From contig OY282370.1 of the NCBI GenBank assembly GCA_958295745.1, positions 1,770,548 to 1,834,547 on the forward strand: 64,000 nt of DNA. The letters are read 5' to 3'. Positions 47,958 to 58,185 of this stretch are shown here, one piece after another. Within the stretch, counting starts at the first letter, position 1; every line of letters starts with the position of its first letter. Both the position numbers and the translations under genes were made by a program. The notes below the pieces were generated by a model that did no database searches, had not been told where the DNA came from, and saw only the letters and a list, made by a program, of their open reading frames with translations. This DNA comes from an uncultured Acidimicrobiia bacterium (lineage in GTDB: Bacteria > Actinomycetota > Acidimicrobiia > Spongiisociales > Spongiisociaceae).

Positions 47958-49496
47958 CTACCCCTCTAGCTGTTTCAGGTATTCGGTGCCCTTGGCTGTT
48001 GAGCGGTAGCGTTGGAGGCGGCTTCGGGGTTTGTCTGGGATGGTCATTTCGATCAGGCCTGATCGTAGGGCGGGTACTAGATAGGCTTCGCGGAAGTGCT
48101 TGATGTCTTTCAAGCCGAGCAGCCTTCTTAGTTGTTGACTGGTCATTTCCCCTGAAATCACATTGAGTAGCTTGACTTCCCCGGTGACTTCCCCGGGTGA
48201 ACTCAGGGGGTTCCTGGTTTCTTCAGATGACTTCCCCGGTCGGTTGACTTTGGGGGTTGACTTGGGGGGTTGACTTTGGGGGTTGACTTGGGGGGTTGAC
48301 TTGGGGGGTTGACTTGGGGGGTTGACTTCCCCGGTGACTTCCCCGGTGGTCTTGGTCGCCGTATGTGAGCGCACTTCGGGGTTGGGTCGAAAGACGACGG
48401 TAAAGAAGCTGTTGGCCTCGAACTCCGGCAACGGGCAGTCCTGTTCCCGGGCGTCGTTCTGGATACGCCGGATTCCGGTGCCCGCCTTCTCGATGAAGTC
48501 GATGCGGTGGAGCAGATCGGCGAGTAGCGGATTGCGCCTGATGCTCTTGTGGCCGAGCTCGGCCATGGTGATACCTTTGGGCAGGCTACCGGGGCTGACC
48601 ACTTCGATCCGGTCGGGGTAGAGCTCGACGAAGACGTTGGCGCCTTCTATGAACCAGTCCCGGTGCATGACCGCGTTGGTGATGGCCTCCCGCAACGCCT
48701 TCATCGGGTACTCGGGGATGTTCTGCCTCCTCAGGCCCTCGATCCGGTAGGCGAGGCGGGTGTTGCGCTCGATGAACCGCATCGACTCCTCGATGTCGGC
48801 CGCGATCCCGCCGTTGAAGTCCTTGCGATCCAGGATGTGAACCTTGTTGGGGTCGCGCGCCAGCAGGCAGGTGATGTACGCCTGCGAGAAGAACCGCCGC
48901 ACCTCCTTGGCGAAAAACAACACGCCCGCGTTGCGGAACAGCAATCGGTCGCCGTCCTGCTCGGCGGCTTCGATGTTCGTCAGTACATCCTCGACGGGCG
49001 GCCGGCCGGTGATGCCGGACATCTCCAGCCAGGTTCTGTACTTGTCGAAGTCGAAGTCATCGGGGTACTTGAAGCGCGGACAGGGGGTGAGGTCGAACCG
49101 GATCACTCCCTCGCTTCGGAAGAAGTTGCGTATTTCGTCTCTGCTGAGCTTTTGGGTCATGGCGCCCTGACGCCAGAAGAAACCATCGCTGCACTGCACC
49201 GGCTTGCCGTCGCTTTCCCGAACATGGACGACGATCACCTCATTCACCGGTTCCACCACGATTTTTACCGGAGGATCACAGTTGTGTGCGATGTTCTGGA
49301 TCCGAGCGCGCAGGGCGTTGGAGTCCTGAACCCCGGCCACCGCGCCGTTGTCGCTTACCCCCAAGAGGATCCTGCCGCCGATAGTGTTGGCCAAGGCCGC
49401 CATCTCTCTCGCCAACGAGGACGAGAGTCTCTCCTTGAACTCGAGGGTTGCGCCCTCACCCTGCTGGATGAGCATTGCGAGGTCGGCAGGAGTCAT
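47958..49496 (-). CDS. AlbA_2 (Schlafen-like) + HATPase_c_4 + C-terminal HTH protein
   Basis: GEGATLEFKE, ALANTIGGRILLGV, REAITNAVMHRD, RNPLLA, EKAGTGI, LIEMTIPDKPRSRLQRY. Confidence 0.88.
   Translation of the reverse strand: MTPADLAMLIQQGEGATLEFKERLSSSLAREMAALANTIGGRILLGVSDNGAVAGVQDSNALRARIQNIAHNCDPPVKIVVEPVNEVIVVHVRESDGKPVQCSDGFFWRQGAMTQKLSRDEIRNFFRSEGVIRFDLTPCPRFKYPDDFDFDKYRTWLEMSGITGRPPVEDVLTNIEAAEQDGDRLLFRNAGVLFFAKEVRRFFSQAYITCLLARDPNKVHILDRKDFNGGIAADIEESMRFIERNTRLAYRIEGLRRQNIPEYPMKALREAITNAVMHRDWFIEGANVFVELYPDRIEVVSPGSLPKGITMAELGHKSIRRNPLLADLLHRIDFIEKAGTGIRRIQNDAREQDCPLPEFEANSFFTVVFRPNPEVRSHTATKTTGEVTGEVNPPSQPPKSTPQVNPQSQPPKSTPKVNRPGKSSEETRNPLSSPGEVTGEVKLLNVISGEMTSQQLRRLLGLKDIKHFREAYLVPALRSGLIEMTIPDKPRSRLQRYRSTAKGTEYLKQLEG
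48246..48323. repeat. Six tandem 13-bp units, GACTT(G/T)GGGGGTT, inside a CDS
   Basis: 6 x 13 = 78 bp, flanked by 12-bp GACTTCCCCGGT units. Confidence 0.92.
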
Positions 49497-49530
49497 GTCG
49501 CTTCTCCCAACCTCGGGCGGCGTGAGTTCG

Positions 49531-52443
49531 TCAGGAGGCGGCGGGTTCGTACCATCCGGAGCCGAAGATGAGGCCGTCATGGCGGATGACCCAGGAGTGT
49601 TTTTGTTCTAGTTGGTCGGTGGCTGGGTTGCGCCGGACGTAGTCCACCCATCTGCCTGACTCGGTGGCGTCGGATAGTTCTTGGCCGTAGTTTTTGCCGT
49701 TGACGTCGATGCGGGTGGTTGTCTTGGTTCCTACTCGTTCTGGGTTGGGGGCTAGGGCGATGGTGGTTCCGTCTTCGATGATGAAGATGTACCAGGGGCC
49801 GTCGATGCTGTCGGTGGAGTTGTAGTGGTCGATGGTTGCTTGGCGGCCGTCTTGGTTGTAGCGGTTGATGGCTTGTTGTACGAAGTATTGGGTGTAGGCG
49901 GGTGGGTCGGCTTTGGTGGGCGGTGCCGGGGCTTCGTCTTCGTACCATCCGGAGCCGAAGATGAGGCCGTCTCGTTTTATCACCCAGGAGTGTTTCTGTT
50001 CTAGTTGGTCGGTGGCTGGGTTGCGCCGGACGTAGTCCACCCATCTGCCTGACTCGGTGGCGTCGGATAGTTCTTGGCCGTAGTTTTTGCCGTTGACGTC
50101 GATGCGGGTGGTTGTCTTGGTTCCTACTCGTTCTGGGTTGGGGGCTAGGGCGATGGTGGTTCCGTCTTCGATGATGAAGATGTACCAGGGGCCGTCGATG
50201 CTGTCGGTGGAGTTGTAGTGGTCGATGGTTGCTTGGCGGCCGTCTTGGTTGTAGCGGTTGATGGCTTGTTGTACGAAGTATTGGGTGTAGGCGGGTGGGT
50301 CGGCTTTGGTGGGCGGTGCCGGGGCTTCGTCTTCGTACCATCCGGAGCCGAAGATCAGGTTGTCGTGGCGGATGACCCAGGAGTGTTTCTGCTGGTTTTG
50401 GTCGGCGGCCGGGTTGAGGAACACGTAGTCGACCCATCTCCCGACTTCGGTGGCGTCGGCTATCTGCTGTCCGCTGGTTTGGCCGTAGACGTCGGTTGTG
50501 TGGGTGATGTTGGTGTTGCGCAGATCGGGTCGGGTGGCGTGGGCGATGATGTTTTCGTCTTCGATGATGAAGATGTACCAGGGGCCGTCGATGCTGTCGG
50601 TGGAGTTGTAGTGGTCGATGGTTGCTTGGCGTCCGTTTTGGTTGTAGCGGTTGATGGCTTGTTGTACGAAGTATTGGGTGTAGGCGGGTGGGTCGGCTTT
50701 GGTGGGGGGTGTTGGGGTTTCGTCTTCGTACCATCCGGAGCCGAAAATCAGGTTGTCGTGGCGGATGACCCAGGAGTGTTTCTGGCGGTTCTGGCCGATG
50801 GCGGGGTCGAGGAACACGTAGTCCACCCACCTGCCGGCTTTGGTGACGTCGGCTATCTGCTGCCCGTAGGGCTTGCCGTAGATGTCGGTGCGGTAGGCGC
50901 TGCCGGTGCCGATCCGTTCAGGCAGGGTGGCGTGGACGATGACTTCGTCGTCTTCGACGATGAACATGTACCAGGGGCCGTCGATGCTGTCGGTGGAGTT
51001 GTAGTGGTCGATGGTTGCTTGGCGTCCGTTTTGGTTGTAGTGGTCGATGGCTTGTTGTACGAAGTATTGGGTGTAGGCGGGTGGGTCGGCTTTGGTGGGG
51101 GGTGTTGGGGTTTCGTCTTCGTACCATCCGGAGCCGAAGACGAGGCCGTCGTGGCGGATGACCCAGGAGTGTTTCTGGCGGTTCTGGCCGATGGCGGGGT
51201 CGAGGAACACGTAGTCCACCCATTCACCTGCCTCGGTGGCGGCGGCTAGCTGCTGTCCGCTGGGTTCGCCGTAGACGCCGGGTGTGTGGGTGATGTTGGT
51301 GTTGCGCAGATCGGGTCGGGTGGTGTGGGCGATGATGTTTTCGTCTTCGACGATGAACATGTGCCACTGGCCGTCGATGCTGTCGGTGGAGTTGTAGTGG
51401 TCGATGGTTGCTTGGCGTCCGTTTTGGTTGTAGTGGTCGATGGCTTGTTGTACGAAGTATTGGGTGTAGGCGGGTGGGTCGGCTTTGGTGGGGGGTGTTG
51501 GGGTTTCGTCTTCGTACCATCCGGAGCCGAAGACGAGGCCGTCGTGGCGGATGACCCAGGAGTGTTTCTGGCGGTTCTGGCCGATGGCGGGGTCGAGGAA
51601 CACGTAGTCCACCCATTCACCTGCCTCGGTGGCGGCGGCTAGCTGCTGTCCGCTGGGTTCGCCGTAGACGCCGGGTGTGTGGGTGATGTTGGTGTTGCGC
51701 AGATCGGGTCGGGTGGTGTGGGCGATGATGTTTTCGTCTTCGACGATGAACATGTGCCACTGGCCGTCGATGCTGTCGGTGGAGTTGTAGTGGTCGATGG
51801 TTGCTTGGCGGCTGTTTTGGTTGTAGTGGTCGATGGCTTGTTGTACGAAGTATTGGGTGTAGGCCGGTTCGTCCGACTTGGCGGGGGCGCGGCCCGCGGC
51901 GAGCAGAGCTTGGTTGCCCGCCCGCAAGTATGCCGATAGGTCGGCGCGGGTGGCCCCTTCCGGGAAGGCGCGGCCTATGACGGCGGCGGTATGGGCGGCG
52001 GTGACGGTCCGGTCGGGCCGGAAGGTTCCATCGGGGTAACCCAAGAACCATCCGCGGGCAGCGGCGTATCCGATGTCGGCCCCCCGTGCGTGGTCGGCGG
52101 GAACATCGGAGAACGTGGGTAGTTCTATGGTTGTGGCGGCGGGGGAGGCGAGGGCCTGGTTGCCCGCCCCTGCGTAGGTGGCCAGGTCGGCGCGGGTGGC
52201 CCCTTCCGGGAAGGCGCCGCGGACGGCGGCGATGGTCTGGGCGGTGGTGACGGTCTGTCCGGGCCGGAAGGTTCCATCGGGGTAACCCAAGAACCATCCG
52301 CGGGCAACCGCGTATTCGATGTCGGCCCGCTGCGGATGGTCGGCGGGAACATCGGAGGACCCGGAGTCCCCGTTCGCATAGCCGGCGCCCGCGGAGACAA
52401 CGAGGAAGAGCGCGAGCGCGGCTGCGGGGAGTTTACGTTTCAT
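49531..52443 (-). CDS. Secreted protein: signal peptide, two SLH domains, six tandem single-Cache-like domains
   Basis: SDVPADH...GYPDGTFRP twice; 131-aa repeats with W(H/Y)xFI, GxWVDY, QKHSWV and FGSGWY. Confidence 0.8.
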   Translation of the reverse strand: MKRKLPAAALALFLVVSAGAGYANGDSGSSDVPADHPQRADIEYAVARGWFLGYPDGTFRPGQTVTTAQTIAAVRGAFPEGATRADLATYAGAGNQALASPAATTIELPTFSDVPADHARGADIGYAAARGWFLGYPDGTFRPDRTVTAAHTAAVIGRAFPEGATRADLSAYLRAGNQALLAAGRAPAKSDEPAYTQYFVQQAIDHYNQNSRQATIDHYNSTDSIDGQWHMFIVEDENIIAHTTRPDLRNTNITHTPGVYGEPSGQQLAAATEAGEWVDYVFLDPAIGQNRQKHSWVIRHDGLVFGSGWYEDETPTPPTKADPPAYTQYFVQQAIDHYNQNGRQATIDHYNSTDSIDGQWHMFIVEDENIIAHTTRPDLRNTNITHTPGVYGEPSGQQLAAATEAGEWVDYVFLDPAIGQNRQKHSWVIRHDGLVFGSGWYEDETPTPPTKADPPAYTQYFVQQAIDHYNQNGRQATIDHYNSTDSIDGPWYMFIVEDDEVIVHATLPERIGTGSAYRTDIYGKPYGQQIADVTKAGRWVDYVFLDPAIGQNRQKHSWVIRHDNLIFGSGWYEDETPTPPTKADPPAYTQYFVQQAINRYNQNGRQATIDHYNSTDSIDGPWYIFIIEDENIIAHATRPDLRNTNITHTTDVYGQTSGQQIADATEVGRWVDYVFLNPAADQNQQKHSWVIRHDNLIFGSGWYEDEAPAPPTKADPPAYTQYFVQQAINRYNQDGRQATIDHYNSTDSIDGPWYIFIIEDGTTIALAPNPERVGTKTTTRIDVNGKNYGQELSDATESGRWVDYVRRNPATDQLEQKHSWVIKRDGLIFGSGWYEDEAPAPPTKADPPAYTQYFVQQAINRYNQDGRQATIDHYNSTDSIDGPWYIFIIEDGTTIALAPNPERVGTKTTTRIDVNGKNYGQELSDATESGRWVDYVRRNPATDQLEQKHSWVIRHDGLIFGSGWYEPAAS
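49546..51867. repeat. Six 393-bp tandem repeats
   Basis: Period measured from accatccgga at 49551 and 49944, and from shadow ORFs at 50853 and 51246. Confidence 0.95.
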
Positions 52444-52587
52444 CGGCAACACCTCTTGAATCAAATCCTGACTGGCCTTATTGAGCATACCAAAGACGGT
52501 TTGCATGCCAAAGACGGCTTGCAACGAGGGGGGCGGGTATGAAACCGCAGGAATATCTCTGATCGGATGCGCTCGGGACGGCGTGAT

Positions 52588-53727
52588 TCACGGCGCCGCC
52601 GTCAGGAGGGGGATCTCCACCTCGCGGGGGTCCAGCCCGCCGTGGTAGCCGATCATGCGGCGGTCCATGTGGCCGGGGAGCAGCGCACATCCCTCGCGGG
52701 CCAGGAAGGCTCCGTCCGGTTTCTTCAGCGCCGCCGGCGGACTCAAGGGAATATGGTCGTCCTCCTCCGGTCCCCAGAGGGCCTCCAGGCTCTTAGCCGG
52801 ATGCCAGACCGCGGGCAGGTCGGCGCCCAGTCCTTGGATCCGCTCGGCAGGCCCCCGTACATACAAGGATCGGGGATCCCCGTACAGGGTGAGCTCGGGG
52901 ACGGCCCGGCGGGTCAGCCGGTGCTTGCCGGACTCGGCCACGGATACGAACCCGTGATCGGCGGTTCCGACCATCGCCGCGCCGGGCGGGAGGCGGACGG
53001 CGATCCGTTCCCATACGGCGGCCGCCTGGGAGAGGGCCCCGCGGTATTCGGGGCCGGCGGTCCCATGCATGTGGGCGGCCGCGTCCACCGCCGGAAAGTA
53101 GACGAACACCAGCCGATCGGGTGTCCGGGCCAGCCCCGCCGCGGCCATGACGAGCTGGTCGACGAGCGTGACCCCTTCGAAGCGGCACCCCCGGTACAGG
53201 GCCCTGGTGAGGGGGGTGTCCGTATAGCCGGCGGGCTGTATGGTTATCGGCTCGACCCCCGCCCTCCTGAGCCTCTCCCAGAGGTTGGGGGCGGGAAGCA
53301 AGCCGGACGTGTCGAAGCCCGCCGGACGGCCGGCGGCGTCGATCCATCGCAGGGAGTTCACCGGGGTGGGGAAGCCGGGCAGCAGGACGAAGTGCCCGAT
53401 CAACCCGTGCCTGCGCGGGGGCAGGCCGGTGGCCACCGAGGCGAGGCTCACGGAGGTGGTGGTCGGAAAGGGGGCGTCTATCACCCCTCGCAGGTCGGCG
53501 GCCAGCGGCGCCGCGGCCGGATGATCCAGCTGATGGGCGCCGAGTCCGTCTATCAGGAGCAAGATGTAGGTCGCGGCCTCCGGGATCTGCCCGGCAAGAC
53601 GGGCATGCAGCCCGGGGGCCGGAGAGGACCCGGTGAGCCGCCGTTCCAGCTCCGCCACCAGGTTGTTCAGCGATCCTCCGGTGTAGTCCGGCGCCCGGAG
53701 GTCGGATACGTCGGTCACACAGAGCAC
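52588..53727 (-). CDS. Alkaline phosphatase superfamily (nucleotide pyrophosphatase/phosphodiesterase)
   Basis: LIDGLG, FPTTT, DAAAH, TADHG, GYHGG. Confidence 0.88.
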   Translation of the reverse strand: MLCVTDVSDLRAPDYTGGSLNNLVAELERRLTGSSPAPGLHARLAGQIPEAATYILLLIDGLGAHQLDHPAAAPLAADLRGVIDAPFPTTTSVSLASVATGLPPRRHGLIGHFVLLPGFPTPVNSLRWIDAAGRPAGFDTSGLLPAPNLWERLRRAGVEPITIQPAGYTDTPLTRALYRGCRFEGVTLVDQLVMAAAGLARTPDRLVFVYFPAVDAAAHMHGTAGPEYRGALSQAAAVWERIAVRLPPGAAMVGTADHGFVSVAESGKHRLTRRAVPELTLYGDPRSLYVRGPAERIQGLGADLPAVWHPAKSLEALWGPEEDDHIPLSPPAALKKPDGAFLAREGCALLPGHMDRRMIGYHGGLDPREVEIPLLTAAP

Positions 53728-53898
53728 GGTAGCCGAGGGGAATTCATTCGGTGCGGGGTGGGCGCGTATACTCCATCCTGGTTCGGGGTTGTCGGAGACG
53801 CGGCCCCGGCCCCGCCCCTATGAGGCGGTATGAGGCGGTGAGAGCCGGCCGGAGACAGACAGGCATGTCAGCCGAACAGGCCGAGGGCAGAGAGACCC

Positions 53899-54264
53899 GT
53901 GAGCGAATACTTCCAGGACTATGTCGCCGTGGCGGCCTTCGCCGCTTTCGGCCTCGTCTTGGTGGTGCTCACCCTGGGCATCACCTACCTGGTGCGACCT
54001 TCCAATCCCACCAAGGAGAAGGTGACCACCTACGAGTGCGGCGTGGATCCGGTGGGCGAGGGCTGGAACCATACCTTCATCCGCTACTACATCTTCGGGT
54101 TGCTGTTCGTGGTGTTCGACGTGGAGGCGGTGTTCCTCTTCCCGTGGGCGGTCGCCGCCGAATCCCTTGGAGTGCCGGGGATGATCGCGGTCGTCATCTT
54201 CATCCTCACCCTGCTCGAAGGGTTGCTCTATGCGGTGCGCAAAGGGGTGCTCAAGTGGGAATGA
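53899..54264 (+). CDS. nuoA: Complex I subunit A
   Basis: YECG and FDVEAVFLFPWA. Confidence 0.95.
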   Translation: MSEYFQDYVAVAAFAAFGLVLVVLTLGITYLVRPSNPTKEKVTTYECGVDPVGEGWNHTFIRYYIFGLLFVVFDVEAVFLFPWAVAAESLGVPGMIAVVIFILTLLEGLLYAVRKGVLKWE

Positions 54265-54282
54265 GGGCGGCCGGGTGAGATC

Positions 54283-54783
54283 GTGGGCATAGTCGCCGAG
54301 CGCTTCGGCGGTCTCAAGCCGGTGTCCTGGCTGCTCAACTGGTCGCGCCGCTATTCGCTCTGGCTGTTCCAGTTCGGCCTGGCTTGCTGCGCCATCGAGA
54401 TGATGGCCGCCTCCGGCCCCCGCTACGACTTCATGCGGTTCGGCATCATCCCCCTCCCCGCCTCTCCCAGACAGGCCGACCTGATGGTGGTGGCGGGCAC
54501 GGTGACCGACAAGATGGCCCCCGCCATCAAACGCCTCTACGAGCAGATGCCCGACCCCAAATACGTGATCTCCATGGGTTCCTGCTCCAACTGCGGCGGC
54601 CCCTACTGGGACTCCTACTCGGTGACCAAGGGCGTGGATCAGATCATCCCCGTGGATGTATACGTGCCGGGCTGCCCGCCCCGCCCCGAGGCCCTGATGG
54701 AGGGGATCGTCCTGCTGCAGGAGAAGATCAGCAAAGAGGACGTGCGCGAGAAGTGGAAGCAGCGTGACCGCCGGCCCGTCTGA
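54283..54783 (+). CDS. nuoB: Complex I subunit B
   Basis: GLACCAIEM and PGCPPRPE. Confidence 0.95.
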   Translation: MGIVAERFGGLKPVSWLLNWSRRYSLWLFQFGLACCAIEMMAASGPRYDFMRFGIIPLPASPRQADLMVVAGTVTDKMAPAIKRLYEQMPDPKYVISMGSCSNCGGPYWDSYSVTKGVDQIIPVDVYVPGCPPRPEALMEGIVLLQEKISKEDVREKWKQRDRRPV

Positions 54784-55399
54784 GACCGTTGCTGCGGAGG
54801 CCGCTGTTGCGGAGGCCGCCGACCCCTTGGCCGAGCTGGCCGGGCAGGTGGCCGCCGCGGTGGGCGGCCGGGCCGAGTACGCCCACGGAACCGCCAAGAT
54901 ACGGGTGGACGCCTCGGCCTGGAAGGAGGCCCTCACCGCCGCCCGCGACCGCTTCGGCCTGGTGTTCCTGTCGTGGTTGTCGGCCATCGACTGGTCCAAC
55001 GAGACGGCGGTGGGCGACCCCCCCGACCCGCCGGTGGAGGAGCGCTACGAGATGCTCTGCGCCGTCTCCGACCTCGACGAGGGGAGGCTGGTGCTGTTCT
55101 CCGCCGACATCGGACGGGGCGATCCGTCGATCGACAGCCTCTGCGGCGTGTACCCCGGCGCCAACTGGCACGAGCGGGAGGCGGCGGAGATGTTCGGCAT
55201 CGACTTCGCAGGCCATCCAGACCTCACCAAGCTCTACCTGCCCGACGGGTTCGAGGGGTATCCGCTGCGCAAGAGCTACCCGTTGCTGAGCCGCGAGGTC
55301 AAGCCCTGGCCCGGCAAGGTGGACGTGGAGGATATGCCCGAGGCGGGCCCCGATGCGGGCAATGGAACGAGGCCCTCGACCGAGAACCCGGGGGCATAG
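54764..55399 (+). CDS. nuoC: Complex I subunit C
   Basis: [14 protein letters not shown] and GYPLRK. Confidence 0.92.
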   Translation: MTAGPSETVAAEAAVAEAADPLAELAGQVAAAVGGRAEYAHGTAKIRVDASAWKEALTAARDRFGLVFLSWLSAIDWSNETAVGDPPDPPVEERYEMLCAVSDLDEGRLVLFSADIGRGDPSIDSLCGVYPGANWHEREAAEMFGIDFAGHPDLTKLYLPDGFEGYPLRKSYPLLSREVKPWPGKVDVEDMPEAGPDAGNGTRPSTENPGA

Positions 55400-56583
55400 T
55401 GGACCGGATGCTGGCGCACCATCTGTCGGAGGCGGCGGTCTCGGTCGAGCTGGAGACCGAGGGCATGACCCTCAACATCGGCCCCCAGCATCCCTCCACC
55501 CACGGCGTGCTGCGCCTGGTGGCCACCATCGACGGGGAGCGGGCCACCGACGTGCGCCCGGTCATCGGCTACATGCATCGGGGGTACGAGAAGCTGGCCG
55601 AGGTGCGCACCTATCCCCAGATAACCACCATCGTCAACCGGATCGACTGGGTGTCAGGGTTCGCCAACGAGGTGCCTTTCATCGTGGCCGCCGAGCGCCT
55701 GATGGGGGTGGAGGCCCCGCCCCGCGCCCAGTGGATAAGGCTGGTGCTCACGGAGATGGCCCGCATATCGTCCCATCTGGTCTTCATGGCCTCCTACCCG
55801 TTGGAGCTGGGCGCCGCCACCCCTCTGTTCTTCGCCCTCCGTGAACGGGAACGGGTGCTGGACCTGCTCGAATCGGTGACCGGAGGCCGGTTCCACCCCA
55901 ACTTCAACCGGATCGGCGGGGTCAAGCCCGTCTACGCCGCCGGGCCGGTGACCAAGAAGGCGGGCATGGACATCCCGGCCGCCTTCCTGGCCGAGACCCG
56001 GGACGCCATGGACAAGGTGGAATCCACCTGCGAAGAGATAGAGAACCTGGTGGCCGGCAACGAGGTGTTCCTGGCCCGCACCAAGGGGGTGGGGGTCATA
56101 CCGGTGGAGAAGGCGGCTTCCTACGGGGTGTCGGGACCCAACCTGCGGGCCTCCGGATGCGGTTTCGACCTGCGCAAGACCTCCGACTACCTGCCCTACG
56201 ACGGGTTCGACTTCGACATCCCCACCGGGGAGAACGGCGACTGCTGGGACAGGTGGTGGGTGCGCCTCGAGGAGATACGGCAGTCGGCCCGCATCATCCG
56301 CCAAGCCATCGACGGCATACCGTCCGGGCCCCTCCAGGCCAAGGTCCCCCGGATCATCAAGGTTCCGGCCGGGGAGACCTACGTGCGCGCCGAGAATCCG
56401 AAGGGAGAGATGGGCTACCACCTGGTGTCCTTGGGCGGCCTCGGCCCCTACCGGTTGAAGATACGCTCGGCTTCCTTCTCCAACCTGTCCATCCTTCCTT
56501 GGATTCTGCAGGGCGCCCTGGTGCCCGACTTCATCGCCATCATGGGATCGATCGACTTCGTGCTGGGAGACGTGGACCGATGA
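55399..56583 (+). CDS. nuoD: Complex I subunit D
   Basis: NIGPQHPSTHGVLRL, GYMHRG, C-terminal GDVDR. Confidence 0.95.
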   Translation: MDRMLAHHLSEAAVSVELETEGMTLNIGPQHPSTHGVLRLVATIDGERATDVRPVIGYMHRGYEKLAEVRTYPQITTIVNRIDWVSGFANEVPFIVAAERLMGVEAPPRAQWIRLVLTEMARISSHLVFMASYPLELGAATPLFFALRERERVLDLLESVTGGRFHPNFNRIGGVKPVYAAGPVTKKAGMDIPAAFLAETRDAMDKVESTCEEIENLVAGNEVFLARTKGVGVIPVEKAASYGVSGPNLRASGCGFDLRKTSDYLPYDGFDFDIPTGENGDCWDRWWVRLEEIRQSARIIRQAIDGIPSGPLQAKVPRIIKVPAGETYVRAENPKGEMGYHLVSLGGLGPYRLKIRSASFSNLSILPWILQGALVPDFIAIMGSIDFVLGDVDR

Positions 56584-57587
56584 CGGGGCTGGTACCGATG
56601 ACGGGGCTGGTCTTCTGGGCGGAGCTGGGCATAAAGATGGCCGTGGCGGCGGCGGCCGTGCCGGCCATCGGGATGGTGATCGGCTACGCCGAGATGAAGC
56701 TGTCCGCCCACATGCAGAGCCGGGTGGGGCCCTACTTCGCCGGCGGGCGCTACGGATGGGCCCAGCTGATCGCCGACGGGGTCAAGTTCATCCAGAAGGA
56801 GGACATCATCCCCGCCGAGGCCGACCGCCCGGTCTTCAAATGGGCGCCCGCCCTGGTCATGCTGGGAACGATGGCGCTCTTGGTGGTCATCCCCCTCCAC
56901 CCTTCCCGCTACGGCATGGTGCGCGACCTCGACGTGGGCATCTTCTACGCCCTGGCCGTCTCTTCGGTGAGCACCATCGGGGTGCTGATGGCCGGATGGT
57001 CCTCGGCCAACAAGTATTCGATGATCGGCGGGCTGCGGGCCGCCGGGCAGCTCATCGCCTACGAGCTGCCCTTGGTGCTCGCCACCGTGGGGGTGGTGAT
57101 CCAGGCCGGCACCATGTCGATGCAGGGGATCGTCCAGGCGCAGGTGGCGCAGAGCTGGCCCTTCATGCTCACCCAGTTCGTGGGTTTGGCCATCTTCATG
57201 ACCGCCGCCCTCGCCGAGCTGACCCGGCTGCCCTTCGACATGCCCATCGCCGAGTCGGAGCTGGTGATGGGCTACGTGACCGAATATTCGGGGTTCCGGT
57301 TCCTGTTCTTCTTCCTGGCCGAGTTCGCCAACATGTTCTCGATGTCGGCCATCGCCGTCACCCTGTTCCTGGGCGGATACGGTTTCTGGGGCATTCCCAC
57401 CGACACCCTGCTCTCGCCGCTCATCGTGTTCGCCAAGGTGGGCATACTTGTATTCATCATGATCTGGCTGCGCTGGACGCTGCCCCGGTTCCGGGAAGAT
57501 CAGCTCCAGACGCTGGCCTGGAAATGGTTGATCCCGATCTCGATCGTCAACATCATCGTGACGGCCGTCCTGAAGGTGGTGGTATAG
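56580..57587 (+). CDS. nuoH: Complex I subunit H
   Basis: QSRVGP, ADGVKFIQKE, RLPFDMPIAESEL. Confidence 0.95.
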   Translation: MTGLVPMTGLVFWAELGIKMAVAAAAVPAIGMVIGYAEMKLSAHMQSRVGPYFAGGRYGWAQLIADGVKFIQKEDIIPAEADRPVFKWAPALVMLGTMALLVVIPLHPSRYGMVRDLDVGIFYALAVSSVSTIGVLMAGWSSANKYSMIGGLRAAGQLIAYELPLVLATVGVVIQAGTMSMQGIVQAQVAQSWPFMLTQFVGLAIFMTAALAELTRLPFDMPIAESELVMGYVTEYSGFRFLFFFLAEFANMFSMSAIAVTLFLGGYGFWGIPTDTLLSPLIVFAKVGILVFIMIWLRWTLPRFREDQLQTLAWKWLIPISIVNIIVTAVLKVVV

Positions 57588-58106
57588 ATGAAGCTCTCCG
57601 GTTTGCGCAACCTGCGGCCCCCCAAGTTGGGGATTCTCTCCGGAATGCGGGTCACCTTCACGACCATGCTCCGGACCTGGGCTTTCAACCTGAGCGGCGG
57701 GAAGGTGGGGCTGCGGTCGACCGTCAACTATCCGAAGATCAAGGAGATGCCGGTGCCCAGGGCCCGGGGGGTCATCGCCCTCGAACAGGATGCCTGCACC
57801 GTATGCATGCTGTGCGCCCGCTCCTGCCCCGATTGGTGCATATACATCGAGGGCCACAAGGAGATCAAGCCCCCGTCCCGGCCGGGGGGGCGCCCCAGGG
57901 CCCGCGCCACCCTCGACCGTTTCGACATCGACTATGCGCTGTGCATGTACTGCGGGATCTGCGTGGAGGTCTGCCCGTTCGACGCTCTGTTCTGGACCCC
58001 CGAATACGAGTATTCGGAGTACGACATGGGCCCGATGATGCATGACATGGACCGGCTCCAGGACTGGATGAAGACCGTGCCCGAAGGCCTGGGGGCGCAG
58101 TCGTGA
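57588..58106 (+). CDS. nuoI: Complex I subunit I (2x[4Fe-4S])
   Basis: CTVCMLCARSCP and CMYCGICVEVCP. Confidence 0.93.
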   Translation: MKLSGLRNLRPPKLGILSGMRVTFTTMLRTWAFNLSGGKVGLRSTVNYPKIKEMPVPRARGVIALEQDACTVCMLCARSCPDWCIYIEGHKEIKPPSRPGGRPRARATLDRFDIDYALCMYCGICVEVCPFDALFWTPEYEYSEYDMGPMMHDMDRLQDWMKTVPEGLGAQS

Positions 58107-58185
58107 CCTCCGCCGCGGCCGCGGTCCGCTCCGCCGGGCGCCCCCCTGCCGCCCCGTCCGCAGGAACCGCGGGAGGCGGGCCGGT

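Noticed and set aside
49546..51867. Diversity-generating retroelement behind the variable Cache repeats
   Set aside because: No reverse transcriptase or non-coding template repeat in the window, and the differences come in blocks rather than appearing confined to adenines.
52485..52523. 18-bp tandem repeat upstream of the SLH-Cache gene, and the SGGAQDDPA duplication in the deacetylase linker (~30320-30418)
   Set aside because: Two-copy local duplications with no evidence of function.
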